A DNA stretch of 64,000 bases from Desulfotalea sp. (GTDB lineage Bacteria; Desulfobacterota; Desulfobulbia; Desulfobulbales; Desulfocapsaceae). Under the pieces are notes generated by a model. The model searched no databases and was not told the DNA's origin. It saw only the letters and a program-made list of their open reading frames with translations. This document shows positions 39,943-49,614 of the stretch, piece after piece. Within the stretch, counting starts at the first letter, position 1. Each line of letters opens with the position of its first letter. The stretch is from assembly GCA_002733995.1 (NCBI GenBank), contig NVXR01000010.1:35663-99662 (forward strand), in the 5' to 3' direction. The position numbers were made by a program, and so were the translations under genes.

Positions 39943-41265
39943 TTACATACCAACAGTTGAAGGGAGCCACAGGACCAACTGGGGGTAGACAATAATAAGT
40001 ATCAGGCAGACCGCTTGCAAGCCGATAAAAGGCCAGACAGATCTATAAATATCTCCCATGGTAATGCCTGGAGGAACGACACCTTTCATGTAAAACAGGA
40101 CAAAGCCGAAAGGTGGTGTGAGATAGGCCATCTGCATATTGACGATAAACAAAATACCGAACCATAGGGGATCGAAGCCAAGCAGGGTTATAAGCGGCAC
40201 ATAAATAGGCACGGTGATCATAATAATAGGCAGATCGTCCATCACCATTCCTAGTAAAAAGAAACTAACCATCATGGCAATGAGAACAGTCCAGCGGTTC
40301 AGACCGATGGAATCGATGAGTTCTTTTAACAGTAGAGGCAGTCCTAAGGTATTGACGACAGCTGAAAAGGCGAGGCAGCCTATAATAATCCACAGAACCA
40401 TACTGGTGAGAAAGGCGGCCTGCTCAGATGCATTAAAGACGACATCCATGGTTTTACTAATGGATCGTTTCCTGAACAACACAATAGCCATAGCAACAAC
40501 AGCACCGACGGCGGCGGCTTCTGTTGGGGTGGCAAGGCCTGAAAAAATCGTTCCCATGATGGAAAAGATAAGAATGAACGGCATCGTCAGATTTTTAAGC
40601 GAGGACCATTTTTCCCCCCAGGTGGCTCTGTCTTCCACGGGAATTGGAGGGGCCAGTTCTGGATTGATAAGGCTTCGTATCAGGATATAAGCAATAAAAA
40701 GGAAGGCCAGTAATAAGCCCGGTACAATACCGGCTAAAAACATTTTACCTATGGAGAGGTTGGAAAGAGAGGCATAGACAATCATAGTAACACTGGGGGG
40801 GATGAGAAATCCCAGGGCACCACCACCGGAGATACAGCCGATGGCAAGAGAGGTCTTGTAATTTCTTTTCAGCATTGCCGGTAGGGCAATCAGGCCCATT
40901 GTAACCGTTGCAGCCCCCACAATACCAACCATGGCTGCAAATATTACACAGATCAGCACAGTACCAATAGCAAGTCCACCCGGTATCGGTCCAAGCCATC
41001 TGTAGATCATTTCAAAGATTTCATCGGCTATGCCTGATTTTTCTAGGAGGCAGCCAATAAAGATAAATAAGGGTATGGCCAATAAAATGATACTGGTCAT
41101 ACTTTCAATGATTGATGGTGGTAACATGAGTAGAAAGCGTGGGCCATTTATCAAGTACAGGGCGACGATACCTACACTACCCAAGGTAAAGGCAACTGGT
41201 GTTCGTAACACGAAGAGAAAAATGACAGCCACAAACATGAGCAGTACGATTAAAGCGGGATTCAT
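39943..41265 (-). CDS. TRAP transporter large permease (DctM)
   Basis: LLAIPLFIFIG, GGALGFLIPPS, TPTEAAAVG and QMAYLTPPFG motifs; highly hydrophobic. Confidence 0.96.
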   Translation of the reverse strand: MNPALIVLLMFVAVIFLFVLRTPVAFTLGSVGIVALYLINGPRFLLMLPPSIIESMTSIILLAIPLFIFIGCLLEKSGIADEIFEMIYRWLGPIPGGLAIGTVLICVIFAAMVGIVGAATVTMGLIALPAMLKRNYKTSLAIGCISGGGALGFLIPPSVTMIVYASLSNLSIGKMFLAGIVPGLLLAFLFIAYILIRSLINPELAPPIPVEDRATWGEKWSSLKNLTMPFILIFSIMGTIFSGLATPTEAAAVGAVVAMAIVLFRKRSISKTMDVVFNASEQAAFLTSMVLWIIIGCLAFSAVVNTLGLPLLLKELIDSIGLNRWTVLIAMMVSFFLLGMVMDDLPIIMITVPIYVPLITLLGFDPLWFGILFIVNMQMAYLTPPFGFVLFYMKGVVPPGITMGDIYRSVWPFIGLQAVCLILIIVYPQLVLWLPSTVGM

Positions 41266-41771
41266 TGGGCACTCCCTTTTTTATATTCCAACATAGTTTT
41301 GCCAAAGTCTGCACATATCTGAAGAATAAAAAACACAGCTCCAAGGGGAAGCAGCATTTTTACAGGCCATAAAATAGGGCCAAAAAGGGTGTGGGAATGT
41401 TGATTTGTAATAAAGGCATGCCATGCAAATTTATATCCCTGCCAGAACAGGACAGTAAACATAAAGAGGGCGACTATTGAGACTATGATGTCCGCTATAA
41501 ATTTTATATTTCTGGGGAAATACTGATAGATAATATCAACGGCAACATGACCTTTTCTCAGCAGGACCCAACCACCGGTAAGGGCAACGTAGGCCGCAAA
41601 AAGATAGCCGCATAGTTCATGGACCCAGATGGTAGGGCTTTCGAAAAAATATCGTGCAATGACTTCGTAGACCATTAGAAACATGAAAACAAAGATCAAA
41701 TTGCTGGCTGCCTTGCCGACCATTTTGTTTAAATTTTCTACAAAAGATATTAATTTTTCAATGGTTTGCAT
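41262..41771 (-). CDS. TRAP transporter small permease (DctQ)
   Basis: YEVIARYFFESPTIWVHEL and HVAVD motifs; four hydrophobic helices. Confidence 0.94.
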   Translation of the reverse strand: MQTIEKLISFVENLNKMVGKAASNLIFVFMFLMVYEVIARYFFESPTIWVHELCGYLFAAYVALTGGWVLLRKGHVAVDIIYQYFPRNIKFIADIIVSIVALFMFTVLFWQGYKFAWHAFITNQHSHTLFGPILWPVKMLLPLGAVFFILQICADFGKTMLEYKKGSAQ

Positions 41772-41790
41772 TTCTAATCCTAGTATTGAC

Positions 41791-41898
41791 GTAACTCTTC
41801 AGCTGCACTCCAACTCCGTCTATTGTGGCCTTTGGTGGTAGCGCTCGTCTGCTCCAAAGTCTTCATTGAACGGATCTGAACCACCGCTGAATAGTTAC
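41791..41898. mobile_element. 108-bp MITE/REP-like element with 13-bp terminal inverted repeats
   Basis: Left end GTAACTCTTCAGC (41791-41803), right end GCTGAATAGTTAC (41886-41898), one mismatch; internal inverted repeat CTTTGG...CCAAAG; no coding capacity; no clear target duplication. Confidence 0.65.
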
Positions 41899-42043
41899 AG
41901 ATGGTGGTGGTGCTCTGTAGAAAACAATTTTCCTGTTTTCTGTTACTTAATAATGATTTTGTGGAGATACTTATCCCGGCTTATTCCCACGCTTACCGGG
42001 GGGAACCGATAGAGGAGAGTTAGCTGAATAGTTACATGTAGAC

Positions 42044-42080
42044 TCTTTTTGGCTAACACCAGAGCTGTTAGCCAAAAAGA
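42044..42080. other. Perfect 15-bp stem-loop just downstream of dctP (probable mRNA stabiliser or processing signal)
   Basis: TCTTTTTGGCTAACA-ccagagc-TGTTAGCCAAAAAGA; no 3' U-tract on either strand. Confidence 0.7.
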
Positions 42081-42092
42081 ATGGTGGGGATT

Positions 42093-43121
42093 TTATAGCT
42101 CGTAGCCACGGTCTTTCAGGTCTTTTTTAACCAGAGCGATATACTCAGCAGAAAGGGTGTCTTGGGTCAGTTCTTCATCCCACATTTTGATGGAGGTCTT
42201 GGTCCATCGCTGCATCACATCGTCGGGCAATTTGATGAATTGAGCACCGGATGCGGTCATTTTATTCATAACCTCTTTGTTTTCTTCATTAAAGGCTTTA
42301 ACCATATTCATGGCAGAGTCTTTAAGCGCTGTTTCGAAGATTAGTCTGAGATCCGCAGGGAGTTCATTGACCCTGTCCATATTGGCGATAACTTCACAGT
42401 TTTGGGCGCCTGAGATGTAGGGAACTGTCTGGTATTTGGCAACCTCATAGGTTTTGCCAAGGTAGCTTTCTGTGTGATTACCGCTGATTTCGGCATCAAT
42501 GGTTCCACGGGAAAGGGCTACATAGATTTCAGAAAATGGAATGAAAACGGTGGGAATGTTTAGCTTTCTCAACGTTTTGGCGATGGTTCCCGAGGCTCTA
42601 ACCTTCATTTTCTTCAAATCTTCCCAGCAGGTGATGGGTTTTTTGGAAACGATGGTATACCCATCCATGACAAGGGGGGCACCATAGAACACATTTTGAG
42701 TCGCATAAATATCGTGGAAGAAGGTATTAACATCATCCTTATAGATAAAATCTATAATTTCATCGACTCCTCTAGGGTCTCCTGGCAATGCAAAAGCTGT
42801 GGCTGCGGCGGGGAGGATGCCACTGTGGTAACAGGAACAGGTTGTTCCCATGTCGATGGAACCCATGCTGACTGATTCAAAAATAGAGGGTCCTTTTACC
42901 AGGGCACCTGAGGGGAGCACCATAATCTTGATTCGCCCATTGCTCTTTTTCTTCACATCAGCAGCAAATTTATTCATGGCAAGAGTTGCAGGGTGATTAA
43001 GAGAAAACATGTTTTGCATCGTAAACTTATAGGTTTTTTCGGCATGGGCTGTGGTCAACATCATTGAAAAAACTAAGACCATTGCAAAACTCAACGATAA
43101 CCTTTTCTTGCTTGTCAACAT
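42093..43121 (-). CDS. TRAP transporter substrate-binding protein (DctP)
   Basis: Signal peptide; KKSNGRIKI...PSGALV, WEDLKKMKVRAS (carboxylate-binding Arg) and EIYVALSRGTID motifs. Confidence 0.95.
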   Translation of the reverse strand: MLTSKKRLSLSFAMVLVFSMMLTTAHAEKTYKFTMQNMFSLNHPATLAMNKFAADVKKKSNGRIKIMVLPSGALVKGPSIFESVSMGSIDMGTTCSCYHSGILPAAATAFALPGDPRGVDEIIDFIYKDDVNTFFHDIYATQNVFYGAPLVMDGYTIVSKKPITCWEDLKKMKVRASGTIAKTLRKLNIPTVFIPFSEIYVALSRGTIDAEISGNHTESYLGKTYEVAKYQTVPYISGAQNCEVIANMDRVNELPADLRLIFETALKDSAMNMVKAFNEENKEVMNKMTASGAQFIKLPDDVMQRWTKTSIKMWDEELTQDTLSAEYIALVKKDLKDRGYEL

Positions 43122-43357
43122 TACGTCCTCCTCTAAGTGTTTGTGTTAGCTGCTGTTGTTGCGATTGTTGTCTCTGCAAGGTCAGCCAGCTTCGTTTTCC
43201 ATTACCACTCCGTACATTCACCTTTATGCCAGTGATGCAAGGTCTCAAGACAAGATTTACCTGAGTCTCCCTAGCTTGGAATAGATTTTAAATCTCCTTT
43301 TTCTGCTTGAACAGTTGAAATGAAAGCCTGTTGAGCTTCAAAGCGTATAAGAGCGAT

Positions 43358-44131
43358 TTAGAGGATTAACCCCTGGGGATCGCATTTCTCTCGAAGTATC
43401 CTGATTTCATTGTTGGTGGGTGGTTGTAATTCTTTGGCCTTAGAGATATCTACTGCAAATTCCATGTTCTCAAGAATCTTTTCGGGGGTGATTCCTGGAT
43501 AGTAGTAGTCTAGAACCATTCTTTTACTAGTCTCGTCAAATCCCATGATTGCCATGTTGGTGATCACCTTTGAAGGACCCTTGCCGGTAAGTCCTGCCCG
43601 TTCACGTCCTCCGGCACCGTCAAGCCACCCAGGGCTTGTTAGGTAGTCAACTTTGTTGACAAATTTACGTTTTTCATGCTGCATGAAAATGAGGCTGTGA
43701 TCAACAAAGGATGCCACATCACAGGCACCACCACTGCCAGAAAAACGCACTTTTGGCTCATGGTAATCTCCGATAACCGTCGAGTTGAGGTTGCCGAAGC
43801 AATCTATCTGGGCAGCGCCCATGATACCTACCACTTGTTTTCCTGTTTTTCTGTTTTGCATATAGGCAAAGGCATCGGTAAGTGCGCCGTTCACTGCGGT
43901 ATAGTACATGACTCTGGGGTCGGCGACGGCGAGGGGAAGCTCTTCAAGGAGTGAGTCGATGGCACCTGTTTCAAAAAAAATGGTACTGTTTGGGGCATGG
44001 ATATGTTTTGCAGCCATGGCCGCTACCATGGAGATGCCCGTACCACAAAAAGTTATTGCCCCGTCAGGAATTTCTCTGGCTGCGGCAATGGTCATGAGTT
44101 CTCGTAAGGTGTAATCAGCCACTGCAGTCAC
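43358..44131 (-). CDS. gctB: Glutaconate CoA-transferase-like, subunit B (family I CoA-transferase)
   Basis: AAAREI, CGTG, FFETG (catalytic Glu), GAAQIDCFGNLNST and GSGGACD motifs; GTG start. Confidence 0.8.
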   Translation of the reverse strand: MTAVADYTLRELMTIAAAREIPDGAITFCGTGISMVAAMAAKHIHAPNSTIFFETGAIDSLLEELPLAVADPRVMYYTAVNGALTDAFAYMQNRKTGKQVVGIMGAAQIDCFGNLNSTVIGDYHEPKVRFSGSGGACDVASFVDHSLIFMQHEKRKFVNKVDYLTSPGWLDGAGGRERAGLTGKGPSKVITNMAIMGFDETSKRMVLDYYYPGITPEKILENMEFAVDISKAKELQPPTNNEIRILREKCDPQGLIL

Positions 44132-44421
44132 TCTCCTTTCTTTTATGCAAAGCGTTGTCCAGCGTTTATGGTAACTACTCGGGTGGTTCGCCGGTATGGG
44201 CTACGCCCGGTTGGTAGGGAAATCAGCCGGGATATGTATCTGCACTTCAGCAAAATGGGGTATTAGAAAATGGCAATAATGATTTTTAAGCGAACTCAAC
44301 CCGCGCCTGTAACTGTAGTATCACTTTTCACAAGCTGTTAATTTGGGCTTATTTAACAATACGAGTGCTGCCTACGAAGCTTACAATGGTCGTAGTCGGT
44401 GCGCTGCTGAGTTGTTAGTGT

Positions 44422-45399
44422 TTATTTTCTGTCAAGATTAATGGCATATCCGGTTCGTGGATCTGCCTTGATGTTTTGCAAACGTTTGCCACCTATTAGA
44501 TCAAGAAATTCCTGGTGGTTTTTTGTGCCGTGGATGAATTTATCCAGATAGTTCTGGTAGAGGGTGTCATCGGAGGCGAATATTTTATAGTCGTTGAAAA
44601 ATATAGGATCGTAGTCGTAGTTGTTATAGCAGGCGGTGGGGTAGGCTCCCCATGGCAGGTGGACGACTGCATCGACACAGAAGTGGGGAATTTGGTTAGT
44701 GTCAGGTTTACTTTTCATTTCATCTGAACTGACAAGCTCTTCGCAGGTGACAATCAGGTGTTTGGCTGCCTTGGCCTGCTCAACATCTGCCATGGTTAAG
44801 CCTTGAATTCTTGCCGTGCCATGTTCGTCTGCCTGTTGGACATGGATGATAGTTACATCAGGGTTTATAGCAGGCACAAAAACCAGTGCTTTGGTGTCAG
44901 TCCAACCCTTAAAAGGATTTTCACCGACAATGAGTTTCTCATCTGGGATTCGTGGGTCTTCCTGGCGGATCTTCTTAGAAAAGCCCCATTTGTTGATGAT
45001 GTCAGTTCCTAACGAAGAACGGGTGGGAAGAAAAGGTATTCCCATGGCCCCGGCTTGAAACCTTAGTGTCATTTGATAGTTAGAGTAGTCTTCGACAAGA
45101 ATACTGCGATTTTGTACGGCGCGTTTAAATCTGATACAAGTGGGAGCAAATCGGCCGTTTCCGGCGTAGGCAATTTCAATCTTTTCCACACATCCGGCTC
45201 CAACGAGTTCATCTACGCCCTGGCCGTTGGAGTGGGCATACAGGTGTATCTTTTTACGGCCCTGACGGATGATTTCATAAACAGCCCCCATGGGGTTTCT
45301 GTTCACTGTAAATCCGCCGATGGAGAGATGGCAGCCGTCGGTGACAAAAGTTTCGATGGCGGAAGAGAGAGCCATCAATTTTTCAGACTTAACTGTCAT
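44422..45399 (-). CDS. gctA: Glutaconate CoA-transferase-like, subunit A
   Basis: IGGFTVNRNPM, EDYSNY, AGAMGIPFLPTRS, PDVTIIHVQQAD and PWGAYPTAC motifs; start at 45399 after an AGGA RBS. Confidence 0.8.
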   Translation of the reverse strand: MTVKSEKLMALSSAIETFVTDGCHLSIGGFTVNRNPMGAVYEIIRQGRKKIHLYAHSNGQGVDELVGAGCVEKIEIAYAGNGRFAPTCIRFKRAVQNRSILVEDYSNYQMTLRFQAGAMGIPFLPTRSSLGTDIINKWGFSKKIRQEDPRIPDEKLIVGENPFKGWTDTKALVFVPAINPDVTIIHVQQADEHGTARIQGLTMADVEQAKAAKHLIVTCEELVSSDEMKSKPDTNQIPHFCVDAVVHLPWGAYPTACYNNYDYDPIFFNDYKIFASDDTLYQNYLDKFIHGTKNHQEFLDLIGGKRLQNIKADPRTGYAINLDRK

Positions 45400-45871
45400 T
45401 GGCTTTCCTAAAGGTGATGGGTGTTGGTGTGTCAATAACCCCTAACCCCGGTAAACGAGGAGGAGGTTGGGGCAAGAGCCTTCCGCAGATTGTTTTTTTA
45501 CGAAAGGAAATTTGCAGCAAAACCGAATGACATAAGAGCCTCGGGAAAAATTCTCTGCCACAAAACTGAAGATAATAATTTATAAGCTATAGTAGCTTGT
45601 TCCTGAGAAGAACTATAAATAATTGAGCCAACAGTAGCTATATATTCACAATGATGCAACTCATATCTTCAATATAGCGGTATATACGTTAAAAATGCAC
45701 AATTCACAACCGTAAGTACCGCTGTGCGGAATTGATTTAAAAGGGGTATGGTTTGCTAGAATATGTAAATGGAGGTGCTAGAGGGGGGGGATTGGCGCTT
45801 ACAGGGCAGAAGAACGCCCGGCGACCGAGGGCTACTGAAAAAGGTCCCTCGGTGATTTGAACAATTGAAAA

Positions 45872-46663
45872 TTAACGTCCAGATTTGAATTTCAGGGCCG
45901 TTTTGACGTTGGCGACTAGGTTGAGCAAGCGGGGGCCTATATCGTTTTCAAATACCTCAGGGCTGAGTTGAAAAGCGGCACCACTGCAACTAAAAACCAT
46001 GATGCCTGATTCGCAGTCTTCGGGGACTAAGGGCACGGCAAGGGCATGGGTCTCAGGTCGCCAGTCTCCGAGGGAAAGGCAGTAGCCTTTCTCGCTGAAA
46101 TCGCTTACTGCCTTATCTATTCCTACCTTGGTTTGGGGCCAACTTGATTCATCGCTTATCCGGATTTGTTCCATTAACTCGAGTCTCTTTTCTTCGGCAA
46201 CCGCGGCTAAGAACGCCCTGCCCATAGAGGTGTTGCTGATCGATATTTCGGAACCAACATTGAGCTGGACGGCATATGTTGAGGCATTACGGTAGGTGTC
46301 GATATAGACCATATTGAGGTGATCCCGGACACCAAAATTGACCGATGCCTGGGTGTGCTCCGCCAATGCCTGCATGAGAGGGCGCGCGATTCTGCGTACG
46401 TCCATTTGGGCAAGGCTCGCATAACCTAGTCTGAGAATAGCTGTGGTGAGGCGATACTTATTGTGCTCTGCTACATATTCTAGATAGCCCTTCTCGGTGA
46501 GCGTGTAGCTAAGTCTTGATACGGTGGATTTGGGTAGACCGGTGCGCTCAGCTATCTGGTTGTTGCCTAAAAACATGTCTCCGACGCCAAAGCATTTGAG
46601 AACATCAAGGCCTCGGGCGAGGGCAGTGACGAATTTTCGATCCTTGGGGTCGTTGGCAGCCAT
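45872..46663 (-). CDS. IclR family transcriptional regulator
   Basis: FVTALARGLDVL...IAERTGLPKSTVSRLSYTL HTH; SMGRAFL; effector domain KGYCLSLGDW. Confidence 0.95.
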   Translation of the reverse strand: MAANDPKDRKFVTALARGLDVLKCFGVGDMFLGNNQIAERTGLPKSTVSRLSYTLTEKGYLEYVAEHNKYRLTTAILRLGYASLAQMDVRRIARPLMQALAEHTQASVNFGVRDHLNMVYIDTYRNASTYAVQLNVGSEISISNTSMGRAFLAAVAEEKRLELMEQIRISDESSWPQTKVGIDKAVSDFSEKGYCLSLGDWRPETHALAVPLVPEDCESGIMVFSCSGAAFQLSPEVFENDIGPRLLNLVANVKTALKFKSGR

Positions 46664-47002
46664 ATTTTCTGTTTTTCCTTTTTATGTTTTGCGAGTCGAA
46701 TGTCTTGGGATTTGCAGGTGGTATTGCAATATCGGTTTGACCTCCCTCTTCTCGCTCTGTGCCATTATATACATATCACTGCGACAGTTACCAGACGATT
46801 CGGCAATGAGTGCTGCTTTTATCACAAAAGGACTGTTTCTTTCGTTGTTTGGGTCTATGTGTTTCGCTGTGCAAAATGGAGCTACCGCAGCAGCATGTGG
46901 CGGATAGGCGATCCTGTAGGTCTGGATTTGTCGGTGCCGGCAGCAACAGTCTACTGATAAGGGTGTATTTCTTATCCGTGTTAGACTGCTGCTTTGTAGT
47001 CC

Positions 47003-47920
47003 TTACATCGCTAGGATCTTGTCTGTTAAAATAGGTACGAACTGTTTCAGATCGGCGATGAGCAAAACGTCGGCGACTTCGCCTATCGGAGCATCTTTGT
47101 CGGTGTTTATGGCCACGATAAACTCGGATTTCTTCATTCCTGCCAGATGCTGAATTGCACCTGAAATGCCACAGGCCACGTATAATTTTGGTGAGACTGT
47201 TTGGCCGGTGGTGCCAACCTGGCGGTTATGTTCAGCCCATTCAGAGTCGACGACAGGGCGACTGGCGCCATATTCACCTTTTAGTGCCTTGGCCAGGCCT
47301 TCAATAATTGCAATATTTTCAGGCTTACCAATGCCGCGGCCTGCACTGACAATGACCTGGGCCTTACTCAAGTCAACGCCACCTATGTCTGCCTGCTGGT
47401 AGCCCGAAAATTCAATTTTTCCGGTGGCTGTGGTGCTGATTGCTTCAACGGTTGGAGTTGTCGTTGGTTCCTCTGCCAGGCTGAAAGCGCCGGCCTGGAG
47501 AGTGAGGATGGTGACGGCTGTTTTGGGGGCGACGGTCCTGCGTAATTTTGCGTTGCAGACGGGTGCTATGGGCTTGCCGTCAACAAAATCCACCACCTCT
47601 GATATCTGGGCGGCCTTCAAGGCAAAGGCGATCCTTGGGGCGAGATCCCAGCCGTAGGAAGAATGGCTGAAAATAACCATATCCGGTTTAACTGTGTCTA
47701 TTGTGTCCAGTAATAATTGTTTGTGTATCTCAGGGTTATATTCACCATAGGTGCTACTGTCTGCGAGGTAGAGTGTGCCCGCAAACTTTGGCAGCTCTTC
47801 TTGTGTTCCGACGAGAAAAAGAGCACTCTCAGCGTCTGCCTTGGCGGCAAAGCCCAGCAGATCGTTTATGTTGGCCTGCAACCTTCCTTCTCTACATTCC
47901 GCTACAAGTAGTATTTTCAT
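47003..47920 (-). CDS. etfA: Electron transfer flavoprotein alpha subunit
   Basis: VSAGRG, GASRPVVD, QVGTTG, ISGAIQHLAGM and AINTDKDAPI motifs. Confidence 0.96.
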   Translation of the reverse strand: MKILLVAECREGRLQANINDLLGFAAKADAESALFLVGTQEELPKFAGTLYLADSSTYGEYNPEIHKQLLLDTIDTVKPDMVIFSHSSYGWDLAPRIAFALKAAQISEVVDFVDGKPIAPVCNAKLRRTVAPKTAVTILTLQAGAFSLAEEPTTTPTVEAISTTATGKIEFSGYQQADIGGVDLSKAQVIVSAGRGIGKPENIAIIEGLAKALKGEYGASRPVVDSEWAEHNRQVGTTGQTVSPKLYVACGISGAIQHLAGMKKSEFIVAINTDKDAPIGEVADVLLIADLKQFVPILTDKILAM

Positions 47921-47930
47921 AGGATGTTCC

Positions 47931-48701
47931 TTACGCCAGAACGGCGGTTTTTTCTTTTAGAATAGCAATTAACTGGTCGGCCAGCTCTGCAGAATCTCCT
48001 TCGAGAACAACTCCACCACCTTTTTTCTCAGGGAAGTAGAGGGATAACGTCTCTTGGAGGACTGCAACACCCAAGAGGTCAGCGACAGGTGTTACGACGA
48101 GTTCCTTCTTCTTGGCCTTCATGATATTGGGGAGGGTTGGGTAACGGGGAGTGTTGAGTCCAAGCTGACAGGTTACTAGTGCTGGAAGAGGGGCCTTAAC
48201 CATTGCCTTCACACCACCCTCAAGCTCTCTTTGAACGGTTATCTGGCCAGCATCAAAGGCAAAGCTGACGATGGTGGTGATACTGGGGATCCCAAGCATT
48301 TCTGCGGTAAGTACCCCCACCTGAGCGCTACCCCTGTCCTGTGATTGCATGCCGGTGAAGATCATGTCAAAGGATTTTTGTTCAGCAAATTTTGCGATAA
48401 TTGAGGCTATAGCAAAGGGATCTTTATCAAAAGACTCAGCATCTGTAACATGGATACCTCGGTCGCATCCCATGGCAAGTGCCTTCTTCATGGTCTCTTT
48501 TACTCGGTCTGGGCCAATGCAAAGTACGGTAAGGTCAGCACCGGTTTGTTCCTTTAGTTGAACCGCCTGCTCCACCGCGTATTCGTCATATTCGTTCATG
48601 CGCCATGCCAGATCAGAACTGTCATACCAGCAGCCTTCAGCGTTCACCTTGAATTTTGACTCCATGTCAGGAACCTGTTTGATACAAACCAATATATTCA
48701 T
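47931..48701 (-). CDS. etfB: Electron transfer flavoprotein beta subunit
   Basis: ILVCIKQVPD, MNEYDEYAVE, ALAMGCD, QSQDRGSAQVG and PRYPTL motifs; true start 48701 (the ORF-track extension is spurious). Confidence 0.96.
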   Translation of the reverse strand: MNILVCIKQVPDMESKFKVNAEGCWYDSSDLAWRMNEYDEYAVEQAVQLKEQTGADLTVLCIGPDRVKETMKKALAMGCDRGIHVTDAESFDKDPFAIASIIAKFAEQKSFDMIFTGMQSQDRGSAQVGVLTAEMLGIPSITTIVSFAFDAGQITVQRELEGGVKAMVKAPLPALVTCQLGLNTPRYPTLPNIMKAKKKELVVTPVADLLGVAVLQETLSLYFPEKKGGGVVLEGDSAELADQLIAILKEKTAVLA

Positions 48702-49093
48702 GGTCTTTCTCCAGTATTTTGTTTGTTGAATTACACTTTTTAGAGAGGATCTGCATAATATCAAGGGGCTAGGTTGTTCTTCATTTCGCTCTGTAAAGAG
48801 AGTCAGGCAGAAAGGGCGGTTGGGACATAGTCTATCGGCTTGGGTTGTTTCCGGCCCCTGCACCCGTTTGATATTGAAGCGGTGGCAACGATTTTCGTGG
48901 GCGAAGGTCCTCCTAGGCCCAGCAGCGCAGCACAATGGTTGAGACGCCTCTCCCCCGCTGGAAAGGGGTCAGACTACGGCTGTAATCAGCCCCTGCGGGT
49001 TGGTGTGGCTGTTGTCTTTTTTAATGTTTTTGACGGCAAGCGTCCGCTGAAAGAGTGTGTTGGTCATCTGCCATCAACCATCTCTCATCGAGG

Positions 49094-49549
49094 CTATTCT
49101 TTATTTTTTTCTGGGATCTGAACCATTACTGCAGATCCTTCGGCACAAAGTTTACCGAGGGCAGAAAGTGTCAGCTCTACCACAACCTTTCGGCCTTTAA
49201 TTTCCGTGATCTTTCCCCGGATATCAAGCGGAGTATTTATTGGGGTGGGGGCGCGGAAATCTACCTTCAATGATGCGGTTACAAATCGGCCAAGAGGTTT
49301 GTTTTCTGCCCGGGCTTTAGCCGCCGCAGCGGTTGCGGCCCCATGACAATCAAGTAGGGAGGCTATCATTCCGCCATAGAGAAAACCGGGAAAGCCACCG
49401 GAATATTTAGCGTCCGGTGTGAATTGACAGATTGTTTCATCGCCATCCCAATAGCTTTTGATCTGTAGGCCTCCATCGTTGAGTCTTCCGCAGCCGTAGC
49501 AGTGTGCGAACTCGTCTGGATATTGATCTTGAAAGGCTTGTGTTGTCAT
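49094..49549 (-). CDS. PaaI/hotdog-fold thioesterase
   Basis: CYGCG, YGGMIASLLDCH and VTASLKVDFRAPTP motifs. Confidence 0.9.
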   Translation of the reverse strand: MTTQAFQDQYPDEFAHCYGCGRLNDGGLQIKSYWDGDETICQFTPDAKYSGGFPGFLYGGMIASLLDCHGAATAAAAKARAENKPLGRFVTASLKVDFRAPTPINTPLDIRGKITEIKGRKVVVELTLSALGKLCAEGSAVMVQIPEKNKE

Positions 49550-49614
49550 CGTATTCTCCTATTTAAATATATTTGATACACATCTGTAAGGTACTCCAGC
49601 GCAACGTTCTAGGC

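Noticed and set aside
48702-49093. N-terminal extension of EtfB or a hidden gene/ncRNA in the 390-nt gap
   Set aside because: The extension is not ETF-like and no recognisable ORF or RNA motif was found; only short GC-rich REP-like fragments.
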